From contig CAYVMI010000019.1 in assembly GCA_964452555.1 (NCBI GenBank), forward strand, positions 6,288-70,287: DNA of 64,000 nucleotides, read 5' to 3'. The position numbers and the translations under genes were made by a program. Every line of letters starts with the position of its first letter. The first letter of the stretch is position 1. Positions 1 through 8,588 of the stretch are shown one piece after another. Under the pieces are notes generated by a model that was not told where the DNA came from, searched no databases, and saw nothing but the letters and a program-made list of their open reading frames with translations. The DNA comes from an uncultured Desulfobacterales bacterium. GTDB lineage: Bacteria > Desulfobacterota > Desulfobacteria > Desulfobacterales > B30-G6.

Positions 1-872
1 ATGCCGAATCCAACAACAACGAGTTTACCCGTAAAACTCAGCAAACTCAAGGCGGTCTCTTGCCCGGGTTTGGTACCCGTAACTTCAAAAATTTTCCAAC
101 CATAGGCCGGAAGACCGAATTTCTTGCGCACAGCTTTTATCTCCGTGCTTATGTCCCTGGTTGATTTGTCGCGGGCGTTGATGGCGACATCGGCACCGTA
201 AGACAAAATTTGATTCAAACGATCCTCATCTATGTCGATGGCAACGACGCAACCGGCCCCCAATGCCTTGGCAGTCTGAACCATGTATTGCCCGACGCCG
301 CCGATGCCGATAACGATTACATTGTCACCAATTTGCATGTCTGCTTTTTTGAGGGCTTGAAAAGGGGTCGTACCTGCATCAGCAACCACCGATAGATGCT
401 CTAGGGGAATCTCACCCCGATTTTTAATCTCACACAGATCAATGCTGGGTACCGGAATATGACTTGAAAACCCACCGTATATGCCGATGCTGTTACCCGG
501 CATTTTTTGATTTAGACAGCGATTGCCGCGGCCGGTTTTGCAGAGATAACATTGCCGGCAGGGCATAACGGCCGGTATCAACACTTCCTTGCCAATCCAA
601 GCTTCATCTCCGGCAACGACCGTACCGGATATTTCATGACCAAGCGTCAAGGGCGGTTTTGATACCGTTGGCACGCCATCATAAAAATATCCCAAATCAG
701 TGTGACAAACGCCACAACCGGCGACCTCCACCAGTGCATCGCCTGGTCCGATATTCGGAACGGGTATGGTCGTTTTTTCCAATTTTCCGGGCGTTACTGC
801 TTTAGTTTCCCGATCCCGGGTAGTTGGTTGGGTCATTTGCCAGGTTTGAATCATATCAGGTACGTTTCCCAT
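1..872 (-). CDS. Zinc-dependent alcohol dehydrogenase family protein, 3' end cut by window edge; possibly 6-hydroxycyclohex-1-ene-1-carbonyl-CoA dehydrogenase-like
   Basis: My own minus-strand translation from the ATG at 872 gives MGNVPDMIQTWQM... It contains CGVCHTD, GHEISG, a structural-Zn CRQCYLCKTGRGNRC and a Rossmann VIGIGGVG. GGAGGAGG Shine-Dalgarno (SD) sequence lies just upstream. Absent from the ORF track because it runs off the window. Confidence 0.85.
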   Translation of the reverse strand, partial: MGNVPDMIQTWQMTQPTTRDRETKAVTPGKLEKTTIPVPNIGPGDALVEVAGCGVCHTDLGYFYDGVPTVSKPPLTLGHEISGTVVAGDEAWIGKEVLIPAVMPCRQCYLCKTGRGNRCLNQKMPGNSIGIYGGFSSHIPVPSIDLCEIKNRGEIPLEHLSVVADAGTTPFQALKKADMQIGDNVIVIGIGGVGQYMVQTAKALGAGCVVAIDIDEDRLNQILSYGADVAINARDKSTRDISTEIKAVRKKFGLPAYGWKIFEVTGTKPGQETALSLLSFTGKLVVVGFG

Positions 873-975
873 GAATTACCTCCTCCTTTAATGGCATATC
901 TTTTCAATTGGATTGAAGTTATAATTTAGCTATAATGTAACTTCGGGCTCGGTTTCAAGTCAACAATAAAATCGC

Positions 976-1025
976 AAATTTAAATTCACCCCGCACTAAA
1001 CTTAGTGCGGGGTGAATTTAAATTT
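976..1025. promoter_or_regulatory. Perfect palindrome (23-bp arms, 4-nt centre) between two divergent genes; candidate operator or cruciform
   Basis: 976-998 AAATTTAAATTCACCCCGCACTA is the exact reverse complement of 1003-1025. It lies between an inverted TTGACT at 958-963 and TTGACT at 1030-1035. Confidence 0.6.
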
Positions 1026-1029
1026 TTGC

Positions 1030-1058
1030 TTGACTATTTATGTAGCTAATATATAGCT
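1030..1058 (+). promoter_or_regulatory. Candidate sigma70-type promoter for the SDR/thiolase operon
   Basis: TTGACT at 1030-1035, then about 16 nt, then TATAGC. The exact -10 register is ambiguous in an AT-rich run. Confidence 0.4.
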
Positions 1059-1215
1059 ATGGGTCAATCAAGTCTTTTATAACTTTAATCGTCTCCCGAG
1101 TCGTTGTACAATTGCAAACGGAATATTCCACTTGTCTGGAATCTAAGAATTGGGATGCGAGGCGCCAAGAACTCAAGCGAATTGATTCGCAATATACCTT
1201 AACAAGGAGCTTTAT

Positions 1216-1968
1216 ATGAAATTAGATTCAAAAGTCGCCCTGGTAACCGGAAGCAGCCGCGGCGTCGGCAAAGCAGTAGCCCTAGGATTTGCCAAGAATG
1301 GTGCCGATGTTGTCATTAATTATACATCCAATCAGGAAGCAGCCGACAACGTGGTCGCTGAAATCGAATCCATGGGTCGCAAGGCAATCGCCGTCAAAGC
1401 GGATGTGGCCCAAAAGTCTGATGTCACTGATTTGGTTGGAGCTGCCATTGACACCTTCGGCAAATTGGACATTCTGGTCAACAATGCTGGTTTTACACGA
1501 CCTGCCATGATGGTAAAAATGAGTGAGGAGCAGTGGGATCAGGTGGTGGATATCCATTTAAAGGGTGCTTTTATGTGCACCCAGGCCGCCGCCGTACATA
1601 TGAAATCGCAGAACAGCGGAAAAATAATTAATGTCACCTCCGTAGCCGGCCTGGTGGGAACAGTTGGTCAAATTAATTACAGCGCCGCCAAAGGGGGCGT
1701 CGTCAGCATGACCAAATCAATTGCCAGAGAAATGGCACGCTACTCGGTGTGTGCCAATGTTATTTCGCTGGGTATCGTTGCCACGGACATGTCAGAAAAG
1801 ATTCGCACTGACGAAAAACTTAAAGAGATATACATGAATCGCATACTGCTCAAACGCTTTGCAGAGGCCGAGGACATCTCCCCGGCATTTGTGTTTCTGG
1901 CTTCGGACGACAGCAACTATATCACCGGTCAGCTTTTGTGCGTCGATGGCGGTTACGGAATGATCTAG
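1216..1968 (+). CDS. Short-chain dehydrogenase/reductase (3-oxoacyl reductase, FabG-like)
   Basis: TGSSRGVG cofactor motif, NNAG, YSAAK catalytic Tyr/Lys. AAGGAG SD upstream. Confidence 0.92.
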   Translation: MKLDSKVALVTGSSRGVGKAVALGFAKNGADVVINYTSNQEAADNVVAEIESMGRKAIAVKADVAQKSDVTDLVGAAIDTFGKLDILVNNAGFTRPAMMVKMSEEQWDQVVDIHLKGAFMCTQAAAVHMKSQNSGKIINVTSVAGLVGTVGQINYSAAKGGVVSMTKSIAREMARYSVCANVISLGIVATDMSEKIRTDEKLKEIYMNRILLKRFAEAEDISPAFVFLASDDSNYITGQLLCVDGGYGMI

Positions 1969-2125
1969 ATTAGGCTTCAAGGGGTCAAGGATTCCGGGTC
2001 CACGTGCAGCCAAAAACAGGATGCCCTGGGCAGCCTTCCGGCATCCAAGCATCCCAGCCTCCAAGCCATATCGGATGCCGATATCATATAGCTAAGAGCT
2101 TAAATAATTTGAGGAGATAATAATT

Positions 2126-3292
2126 ATGGGAAAAGTAGGAATCATTGGTGTGGGCCAGAGCACGTTTGTGCGGTCCTATCCCGGATCTATCAGGGAACTT
2201 GTGTTCGATGGCTTTAAAGATTGTATGCAGGATGCTCAGATTGCGGCCAGTGATATTGACGCATCCGTGGTATGCTCTGCACCGGAGTATGACAAACAGC
2301 GTTCGCCGGCGGGAGTATTCGCAGAGTACCTGGGTTTAAATCCCCAACCAACCTTTTATGTGGAAACCCTGTGTTCTTCCAGCACGACCGGTTTGAAATT
2401 GGCTTATTCCCTGGTAAAATCCGGACTGCATGATGTGGTGGCCGTTTTAGGTTTTCAAAAAATGTCTGAAATATCTTCATCCGAATCCCAAGAACGGATG
2501 GGACGCGGGGCCGATATTCAGTGGGAAAGTCCCTTCGGCACAATGATGCCGGCTTATTACGCCATGTACGCCCGCGCTTATCTGGAACAGAGTGGCGCTA
2601 CCCTGGATGATTTGGCGCTCATTCGTGTCAAAGCAGCAACCTATGGTCAAATCAACGATCGCGCTGTATATCGCAAGCCGGTGACATACGACATGTTTCA
2701 GGATCCCGAACATATTATGGGCCGACCTGTTTCAACGCCTCTGCGGGTTGGAGACTGCTGTGCCAATGCAGACGGCAGTTCCTGCATTATCGTTGCCAGT
2801 GAAGAAAGAGCCAAAGCCCTGGGTGTTGAGCCCATTTGGATTCTCGGCATAGGCTCGGCCACCACGAGCGTAAACCTGGCAGGTAGAGACCTCTTTTCAG
2901 GCCTTACGGTAGCTCAGCTTGCTGCCAACCAAGCCTACAACATGGCCGGCATTACCCCCCAGCAAGTCGACGTAGCTGAAGTGCATGACTGTTTTACCAT
3001 CGCTGAAATGATGGCGTATGAAAACCTGGGTTTTGCCGAGCCTGGCCAGGGCAAAGAGCTTATTCGCAACAAAGAAACCTATAAAGAAGGCAGTATTCCG
3101 GTTAATGTTGACGGCGGACTTCTGTCCAAAGGACACCCCATCGGGGCAACCGGCGGATCCCAGGTGCGCACAATTGTGCTTCAACTAAGAGGCCAAGCCG
3201 GCGACATCCAGGTAAAGGATCCTGAAATCGGCTTGGTACACAATATCGGCGGTGTGGGTCTTTATGGGAATGTCATCGTACTGGGTCGGTAA
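2126..3292 (+). CDS. SCP-x/DUF35-associated thiolase (thiolase domain protein)
   Basis: Nucleophile context VETLCSSSTTG and NVDGGLLSKGHPIGATG. GAGGAG SD. Followed by a DUF35 partner gene. Confidence 0.9.
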   Translation: MGKVGIIGVGQSTFVRSYPGSIRELVFDGFKDCMQDAQIAASDIDASVVCSAPEYDKQRSPAGVFAEYLGLNPQPTFYVETLCSSSTTGLKLAYSLVKSGLHDVVAVLGFQKMSEISSSESQERMGRGADIQWESPFGTMMPAYYAMYARAYLEQSGATLDDLALIRVKAATYGQINDRAVYRKPVTYDMFQDPEHIMGRPVSTPLRVGDCCANADGSSCIIVASEERAKALGVEPIWILGIGSATTSVNLAGRDLFSGLTVAQLAANQAYNMAGITPQQVDVAEVHDCFTIAEMMAYENLGFAEPGQGKELIRNKETYKEGSIPVNVDGGLLSKGHPIGATGGSQVRTIVLQLRGQAGDIQVKDPEIGLVHNIGGVGLYGNVIVLGR

Positions 3293-3344
3293 TACTGACC
3301 AAATCATAAACAAAATTTTTGCTTAACAACAATTACAACTTAAT

Positions 3345-3483
3345 AGGATTCGAGGATTCAAGGGGCCAACTGATAGCTTTTTAGGTGTTTAGGCCGAAGA
3401 CTGTTAGCAGCTGACAGCCTAATAGTCTTCAGTCTAAAAACCAGATAATGCTTGCCCCTCGGATCCTTGACTCCTTGAACCCT
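3345..3483 (+). repeat. Long imperfect intercistronic hairpin built from CAAGG/GGATTC and TAGAC/CTAA words, apex GCAGCTGACAG
   Basis: Outer arms 3345-3366 and 3454-3475 pair at 22 positions with 2 mismatches and 2 G:U. Inner arms are 3397-3408 and 3419-3430, apex 3407-3417. Paired by eye. Confidence 0.65.
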
Positions 3484-3500
3484 TATTATTCGGAGGCCTC

Positions 3501-3938
3501 ATGGGTAAAAAGCAGAGCATCGACGATCGTTTCAAACATTTTGGAACGGTAAGTTTTACAGCAACAACCAAAACAAATGAATTTATTGACTTTCTGAAGG
3601 ACGGTAAAGTCATGGGATCGCGTTGTATGGATTGCGGTCTGGTGTTCTTTCCCCCCAGAGCTGATTGTTACCATTGCTTGTCCAGTAATATGGAATGGGT
3701 TGAGGTCAGCGGCGCCGGCAAACTGGTTACTTTCAGCAAACTGACATTTGCACCCATCGGTTTTGAAGATGACGTACCCTACTGCATTGCGCTCTTGGAT
3801 TATGGTGCTTACAAAGTTTTTGGCCGCATCGCTTCTGATATTCCAGATGAAGATATCCAAATCGGCATGGACATGAAAACAGTGGTCAACACCCTGCCGA
3901 ATGGGCAGATGAACTATGTGTTCGAGCCGGCCAGCTAA
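3501..3938 (+). CDS. Zn-ribbon/OB-fold DUF35 protein (thiolase partner, BbsA-like)
   Basis: CMDCG...CYHC zinc ribbon. GGAGG SD. Positioned after an SCPx-type thiolase. Confidence 0.88.
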   Translation: MGKKQSIDDRFKHFGTVSFTATTKTNEFIDFLKDGKVMGSRCMDCGLVFFPPRADCYHCLSSNMEWVEVSGAGKLVTFSKLTFAPIGFEDDVPYCIALLDYGAYKVFGRIASDIPDEDIQIGMDMKTVVNTLPNGQMNYVFEPAS

Positions 3939-4000
3939 CATTATCTATCTGCTGAAAACACTATAATTATTTAGATACTGCGGGCTAAAAAAAATAATAT

Positions 4001-4068
4001 TCTGTGTTTTGTTTTTAGTATGTTGTGTTTCGTAAGCCCAACACGAAACACCCAACACGAAACACCCA
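4001..4068 (+). repeat. Imperfect hairpin of GTGTTTCGT / ACGAAACAC words
   Basis: 4025-4033 GTGTTTCGT pairs with 4043-4051 ACGAAACAC. The ACACGAAACACCC word is duplicated at 4055-4067 and partly complements 4003-4012. Confidence 0.45.
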
Positions 4069-4086
4069 TAAACTAAAGGTAAAATC

Positions 4087-4857
4087 ATGACCGAAGAAAA
4101 AACCATTATCGTTGAAAAAGAAAATAATGTGGCCACGATTAGCTTTGCAAGACCCAAACATAATGTCTTCAATATTGATATGATGACGTTGTTCTGTGAA
4201 GAGCTGGAAGGACTGGTGCAAGACGACGAATTAAAATGTTTGCTGCTCAAAGGACAGGGAGCCAGCTGGTGTGCAGGGGTTGATGTGGGTGATCACAAAC
4301 CGGAAATGGCGGACCAGATGATCGCTACCTTTAACCGGTCGCTTTTGCTCCTGGAAAGCTTTAAAATACCCACGATTGCCGCCGTACATGGTGCCTGTCT
4401 TGGCGGCGGTATGGAATATGCTGTTGCCTGTGATGTGGTTCTGGCCAGCGAAAAGGCCAAATTCGGGCAACCGGAAGTGAAACTGGGTTTCCTGCCGCCA
4501 TATGCGGCCATTCGCCTGCCCAAATTGGTCGGCCCGGCCAAAGCGATTGAAATCTGCTGCTCTGGTAAAATATATACAGCCGCCCAAGGTTTATCCATGG
4601 GATTTGTCAGTCAATGCATTCCTGCCGACGAGTTTGATGCTGCGGTAGATACATTTGTGGCCGAAATTACGGCCAGCAGTCCGCTGATCCTGCGGCTGAA
4701 CAAACAAGCTGTTAACCAACACCTGACAATGCAGACCGCCGATGCAGTGGAAAGTGTCAGCGACCTGTTCCTCAACACACTCATGAAAACAGAGGACACT
4801 CTGGAAGGCATTGCCAGCTTTTACGAAAAGCGTAGACCGGACTGGAAGAACAGCTAA
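4087..4857 (+). CDS. Enoyl-CoA hydratase/isomerase (crotonase) family protein
   Basis: CAGVDVG and GACLGGGMEYAVACD oxyanion-hole regions; typical length of 256 aa. Confidence 0.9.
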   Translation: MTEEKTIIVEKENNVATISFARPKHNVFNIDMMTLFCEELEGLVQDDELKCLLLKGQGASWCAGVDVGDHKPEMADQMIATFNRSLLLLESFKIPTIAAVHGACLGGGMEYAVACDVVLASEKAKFGQPEVKLGFLPPYAAIRLPKLVGPAKAIEICCSGKIYTAAQGLSMGFVSQCIPADEFDAAVDTFVAEITASSPLILRLNKQAVNQHLTMQTADAVESVSDLFLNTLMKTEDTLEGIASFYEKRRPDWKNS

Positions 4858-4860
4858 TTA

Positions 4861-5028
4861 AAGGGTTGGGATTCTGGAGGGTAGCAGAGCTAAGGTGTGG
4901 TGCCTTTGAACGGCGGCGGCAATCTCCAAACATTGAAATTGAATTAATATTCGTAAGCTATAATGCTCGAATGGTTTAAAGCTGCATATCGCCCGTACAC
5001 CCCTCAACCCTCCGGACCTCCAACCCTT
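4861..5028 (+). repeat. 22-nt inverted repeat arms enclosing a 124-bp ORF-less insert
   Basis: 4861-4882 AAGGGTTGGGATTCTGGAGGGT against 5007-5028 ACCCTCCGGACCTCCAACCCTT: 18 Watson-Crick pairs, 2 G:U, 2 mismatches. Confidence 0.6.
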
Positions 5029-5087
5029 CAGGGTAACTCATATATCGTCTGATGGCATGCTTTTTAACCACTTAAAAACCTAAAGCA

Positions 5088-5666
5088 ATGAATTCGCATC
5101 CCGAACACCCTGCCCTGCTGATCATCGATATGGTTAAAGACAACTTTCGGGATGAAAGACAGCTGCCCATCACCCCCCTGGCCCGCAAAATAATCGCCCC
5201 CATTAATCAAACCATTCAAAGTTTCCGATCAAACAACTGGCCGGTTATTTTTTCAACCGATTCATTCCATAACGAAGACTTTATTTTTACGGGCAGTATG
5301 TCACCGCATTCACTAGCCGGAACCGAAGGCGCCGAAGTTGTTGATGAGCTGGATATGCGGGAAGGTGATGTTTGGCTTCCCAAACCCCGTTTTTCGGCAT
5401 TCTTCAATACGGGTTTGGAAAACGATTTGCATGAACTGGGCGTAACCCTGTGCGCTGTTGCCGGCATCGCTACCCATTTTTGTGTACTTACAACCGCCAT
5501 GGATGCCTTGTGCCATGACTTCAAAGCGGTCCTTTTGGAAGATTGCTCGGTATCATATGCAGCGGAAGTGCATCGACAAACCCTTGATTTGTATCGACGC
5601 AACCCGCTTTATCCGTTATTTCGAGTTATGACAGCCGAGCAACTTCTATTGGAGTTGGTACCATAA
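5088..5666 (+). CDS. Isochorismatase-family cysteine hydrolase
   Basis: LLIIDMVKDNF N-terminus and GIATHFCVLTTAMDA catalytic Cys context. Confidence 0.85.
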   Translation: MNSHPEHPALLIIDMVKDNFRDERQLPITPLARKIIAPINQTIQSFRSNNWPVIFSTDSFHNEDFIFTGSMSPHSLAGTEGAEVVDELDMREGDVWLPKPRFSAFFNTGLENDLHELGVTLCAVAGIATHFCVLTTAMDALCHDFKAVLLEDCSVSYAAEVHRQTLDLYRRNPLYPLFRVMTAEQLLLELVP

Positions 5667-5754
5667 GGATATGTATAATATTTACTTTAGGTTACGATTT
5701 TAAACTTACTCTTTGCACTTCATTGCAGCGTTAAAACCGGGTCGTGATTTTATC

Positions 5755-5783
5755 TTGACTTAACCGTTTTGTAGCTGTAATGT
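5755..5783 (+). promoter_or_regulatory. Candidate sigma70-type promoter upstream of iorA
   Basis: TTGACT (5755-5760), 17 nt, TAATGT (5778-5783). Confidence 0.5.
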
Positions 5784-5967
5784 AGCTTCATATTTTTAAC
5801 CTAAAATGAGGGATATTCACATAATGCCAGGTCCTCACATTAGGAAATGGATTCATGTCCACGTTTTGAATTCACCTTGACGCAGGAATTTCCAGTGGGC
5901 TGAAGTCAAGCCGCAATTGGGGAATTCAAACTTAACCTACTTCCCAGAAAAACGTAAGGAAAAGACC

Positions 5968-7818
5968 ATGCACAAATTACTAACTGACGAACCAGGTAAA
6001 AAAATGCTGCTTCTTGGCAACGAAGCCATCGCTCGCGGGGCCATGGAAGCGGGTGTCGCATTTGCATCAACCTATCCGGGAACACCTTCTTCCGAAATTT
6101 CTTTGGCCCTATTTCAAATGTCCCAAGAATGTGATCTTTATTTTGAGTACAGCACCAACGAAAAAGTGGCCCTGGAAGTCGCCGCCGGTGCTGCCAATTC
6201 AGGGGTTAAGACCATGTGCATGATGAAACACGTGGGCCTGAACGTTGCCGCCGATCCCTTGATGACCCTGGCATACGTGGGTGTTACCGCCGGCATGGTG
6301 ATTCTGACCGCCGACGATCCATTCATGTTTTCAAGTCAGAATGAGCAGGACAACCGTTATTATGGCAAACTTTCCGGCTTGTCGATATTGGAGCCTTCGT
6401 CTGTGGAAGAGGCCAAGGAAATGATTCCGTATGCATTCGATCTTTCAGAAAAATTGAAGGAACCGGTACTTTTCCGTACGACCACGCGCATTAACCATTC
6501 CACCGGGGTTGTAACCCTGGGTGCTATGCAACCACGGAAAACACAAGGCGATTTCACCAAGGATCCCTTTAATCTCGTTACCGTACCGGCTGTCTCTCGC
6601 AAGTTGCATGTAAAGCTCCTGGAGAATATACAAAAGGCCGAAGCCATCTCGGAAACATCTGAATACAACATGTTAAACGGCCAAGGGCCCTGGGGCATCA
6701 TTTGCAACGGTGTCAGCTACAATTATGTTAGCGATGCCGTCAAAGATCTCGACATTGCCGATAAAGTTGCCACCCTGCGTATCGGGTTTTCACATCCCCT
6801 GCCGGAAAAACTCATCAAGAAGTTTATTGCCGAGCGTGAAAAGATTTTGGTGGTCGAGGAAGGCGAGCCCTATCTGGAAGAAGCCATCAAATCTTTTGCC
6901 CAAGAAGCCCAAAGTACAATACCCATAAAGGGCAAGGACGAGACTTTATTTAGCAGGCTATATGAATTCAACCCATCCCAAGTGAGAGAAATCGTCGCCA
7001 ATTATTTTGGTACAGGCTTTGAAGCCTCTCAAATACCGGATCTTTCGGATGTCCCTGAAATACCTCAAAGGCCACCCAACTTGTGTGCCGGTTGCTCGCA
7101 TCGGGCCACTTTTTATGCCGTAAAGAAAGCCATGGAAGGCGAAGAGACAGTCTATCCCACCGATATCGGCTGTTATACCCTTGGTTTTTTACCGCCCTTA
7201 TCCATGGGCGATTTTCTGATTTGCATGGGATCTTCAGTCAGTACAGCTTGCGGTTTTGCGCAAGCCACCGATAAAAAAGTGATTTCGTTTATCGGCGATT
7301 CCACTTTCTTCCATTCCGGTTTGACGGGTTTGGTCAACGCCGTCTTTAACGATCATAATTTTACTCTGATTATTCTGGACAACAGCACCACGGCCATGAC
7401 CGGGCACCAGCCACATCCGGGTGTTGACATGGGCAATTGGAACCTGGAAGGATACGGCCGTGTATCCATAGAGGAGGTTGTCAAGGGAATCGGCGTAAAG
7501 CACGTTAGTGTCATCAAACCTTTTAAAATTCGAAAAAGTGTCGAAGCCATCAAGGAAGCCGTGGCATTTGAAGGTGTTTCCGTTGTTATTGCCAAAGAAA
7601 TCTGTACGTTATATGCAAAAGGCTTGAAACAACTTAAAGTCAGAGCTTTCCAGGTTACCGACAAATGCAAGGACCACAAGGATTGCATTACCAGTCTGGG
7701 GTGCCCCGCATTCTATATACAAGACGCGCGCGTTAAGATCGACGCCGATTTATGCGTCGGATGTGCGGTGTGTGCTCAAATTTGCCCGGAGAATGCTATT
7801 TTACCTGTTAAAGCGTAG
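5968..7818 (+). CDS. iorA: Indolepyruvate:ferredoxin oxidoreductase alpha subunit
   Basis: TPP motif GDSTFFHSG and a C-terminal CVGCAVCAQICPENA 4Fe-4S motif. I prefer the ATG at 5968 (AAGGA SD) to the TTG at 5917 given in the track. Confidence 0.92.
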   Translation: MHKLLTDEPGKKMLLLGNEAIARGAMEAGVAFASTYPGTPSSEISLALFQMSQECDLYFEYSTNEKVALEVAAGAANSGVKTMCMMKHVGLNVAADPLMTLAYVGVTAGMVILTADDPFMFSSQNEQDNRYYGKLSGLSILEPSSVEEAKEMIPYAFDLSEKLKEPVLFRTTTRINHSTGVVTLGAMQPRKTQGDFTKDPFNLVTVPAVSRKLHVKLLENIQKAEAISETSEYNMLNGQGPWGIICNGVSYNYVSDAVKDLDIADKVATLRIGFSHPLPEKLIKKFIAEREKILVVEEGEPYLEEAIKSFAQEAQSTIPIKGKDETLFSRLYEFNPSQVREIVANYFGTGFEASQIPDLSDVPEIPQRPPNLCAGCSHRATFYAVKKAMEGEETVYPTDIGCYTLGFLPPLSMGDFLICMGSSVSTACGFAQATDKKVISFIGDSTFFHSGLTGLVNAVFNDHNFTLIILDNSTTAMTGHQPHPGVDMGNWNLEGYGRVSIEEVVKGIGVKHVSVIKPFKIRKSVEAIKEAVAFEGVSVVIAKEICTLYAKGLKQLKVRAFQVTDKCKDHKDCITSLGCPAFYIQDARVKIDADLCVGCAVCAQICPENAILPVKA

Positions 7819-7931
7819 AATGTTTTCTTTTGAGAGAGACCGGTCGACAAGATTTTAACATGCAATATTAACCATTTTATTTTTGCGCTGGATAAGCGTT
7901 GGAAAAAAATAAAATTAAGATTGGATAAATC

Positions 7932-8531
7932 ATGGAAACAAAAAAATTGATCATTGTGGCGGTTGGTGGCCAGGGCAACCTGCTGGCTTCAAAGGTTCTT
8001 GGTGAGGCGGCCTTGATTTCCGACATTCCTGTTCGGATGAGTGAAATCCACGGCATGGCGCAACGCGGAGGGGTGGTTGAATCGGCCATTCTATTTGGAG
8101 ATGCCCAAAGTACCATTATTTCGGATGGCGAGGCCGATATATTGGTTGGATTTGAGCCCTCAGAAACATTGCGTGCCCTGAATAAGTGCAGTTCAGACAC
8201 AGTCGTGATTACCAATACGGCGCCGCTTCCGCCTTTTACAGTCGGCATCGGCATCGGAAAATATCCGGATATGGAAGAATTGCAAAAGCTGATAAAGGCC
8301 AAGACCGGCCGATTTATTGCTTTTGATGGATCTGATCTCGCTAAGCAGGCCGGCAACCCCATGTCCCTAAACATCGTGCTTTTAGGTGCCTTGATTCAAA
8401 CCGGCATTCTGCCTATATCCGCCGATAGTATCAGGCAAGCCATCCATTCGACCACCAAACCCGCGTTTTTGGATGTCAATATCAAGGCTTTTGAATTGGG
8501 ATTTACAGCTGCAGAACAAGCAGCAGCCTAA
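7932..8531 (+). CDS. iorB: Indolepyruvate:ferredoxin oxidoreductase beta subunit
   Basis: VGGQGNLLASKVLG gamma-domain motif; directly follows iorA. Confidence 0.9.
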   Translation: METKKLIIVAVGGQGNLLASKVLGEAALISDIPVRMSEIHGMAQRGGVVESAILFGDAQSTIISDGEADILVGFEPSETLRALNKCSSDTVVITNTAPLPPFTVGIGIGKYPDMEELQKLIKAKTGRFIAFDGSDLAKQAGNPMSLNIVLLGALIQTGILPISADSIRQAIHSTTKPAFLDVNIKAFELGFTAAEQAAA

Positions 8532-8588
8532 TTTGTATTTTTTTTGATAATAACGCTTTATTCTTATTTAGCCTGAAGGAGGTAGCAT

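Noticed and set aside
702-929. 75-aa plus-strand ORF at the 5' end of the Zn-ADH gene
   Set aside because: It overlaps the minus-strand Zn-ADH coding region and its ribosome-binding site. It has no motif support.
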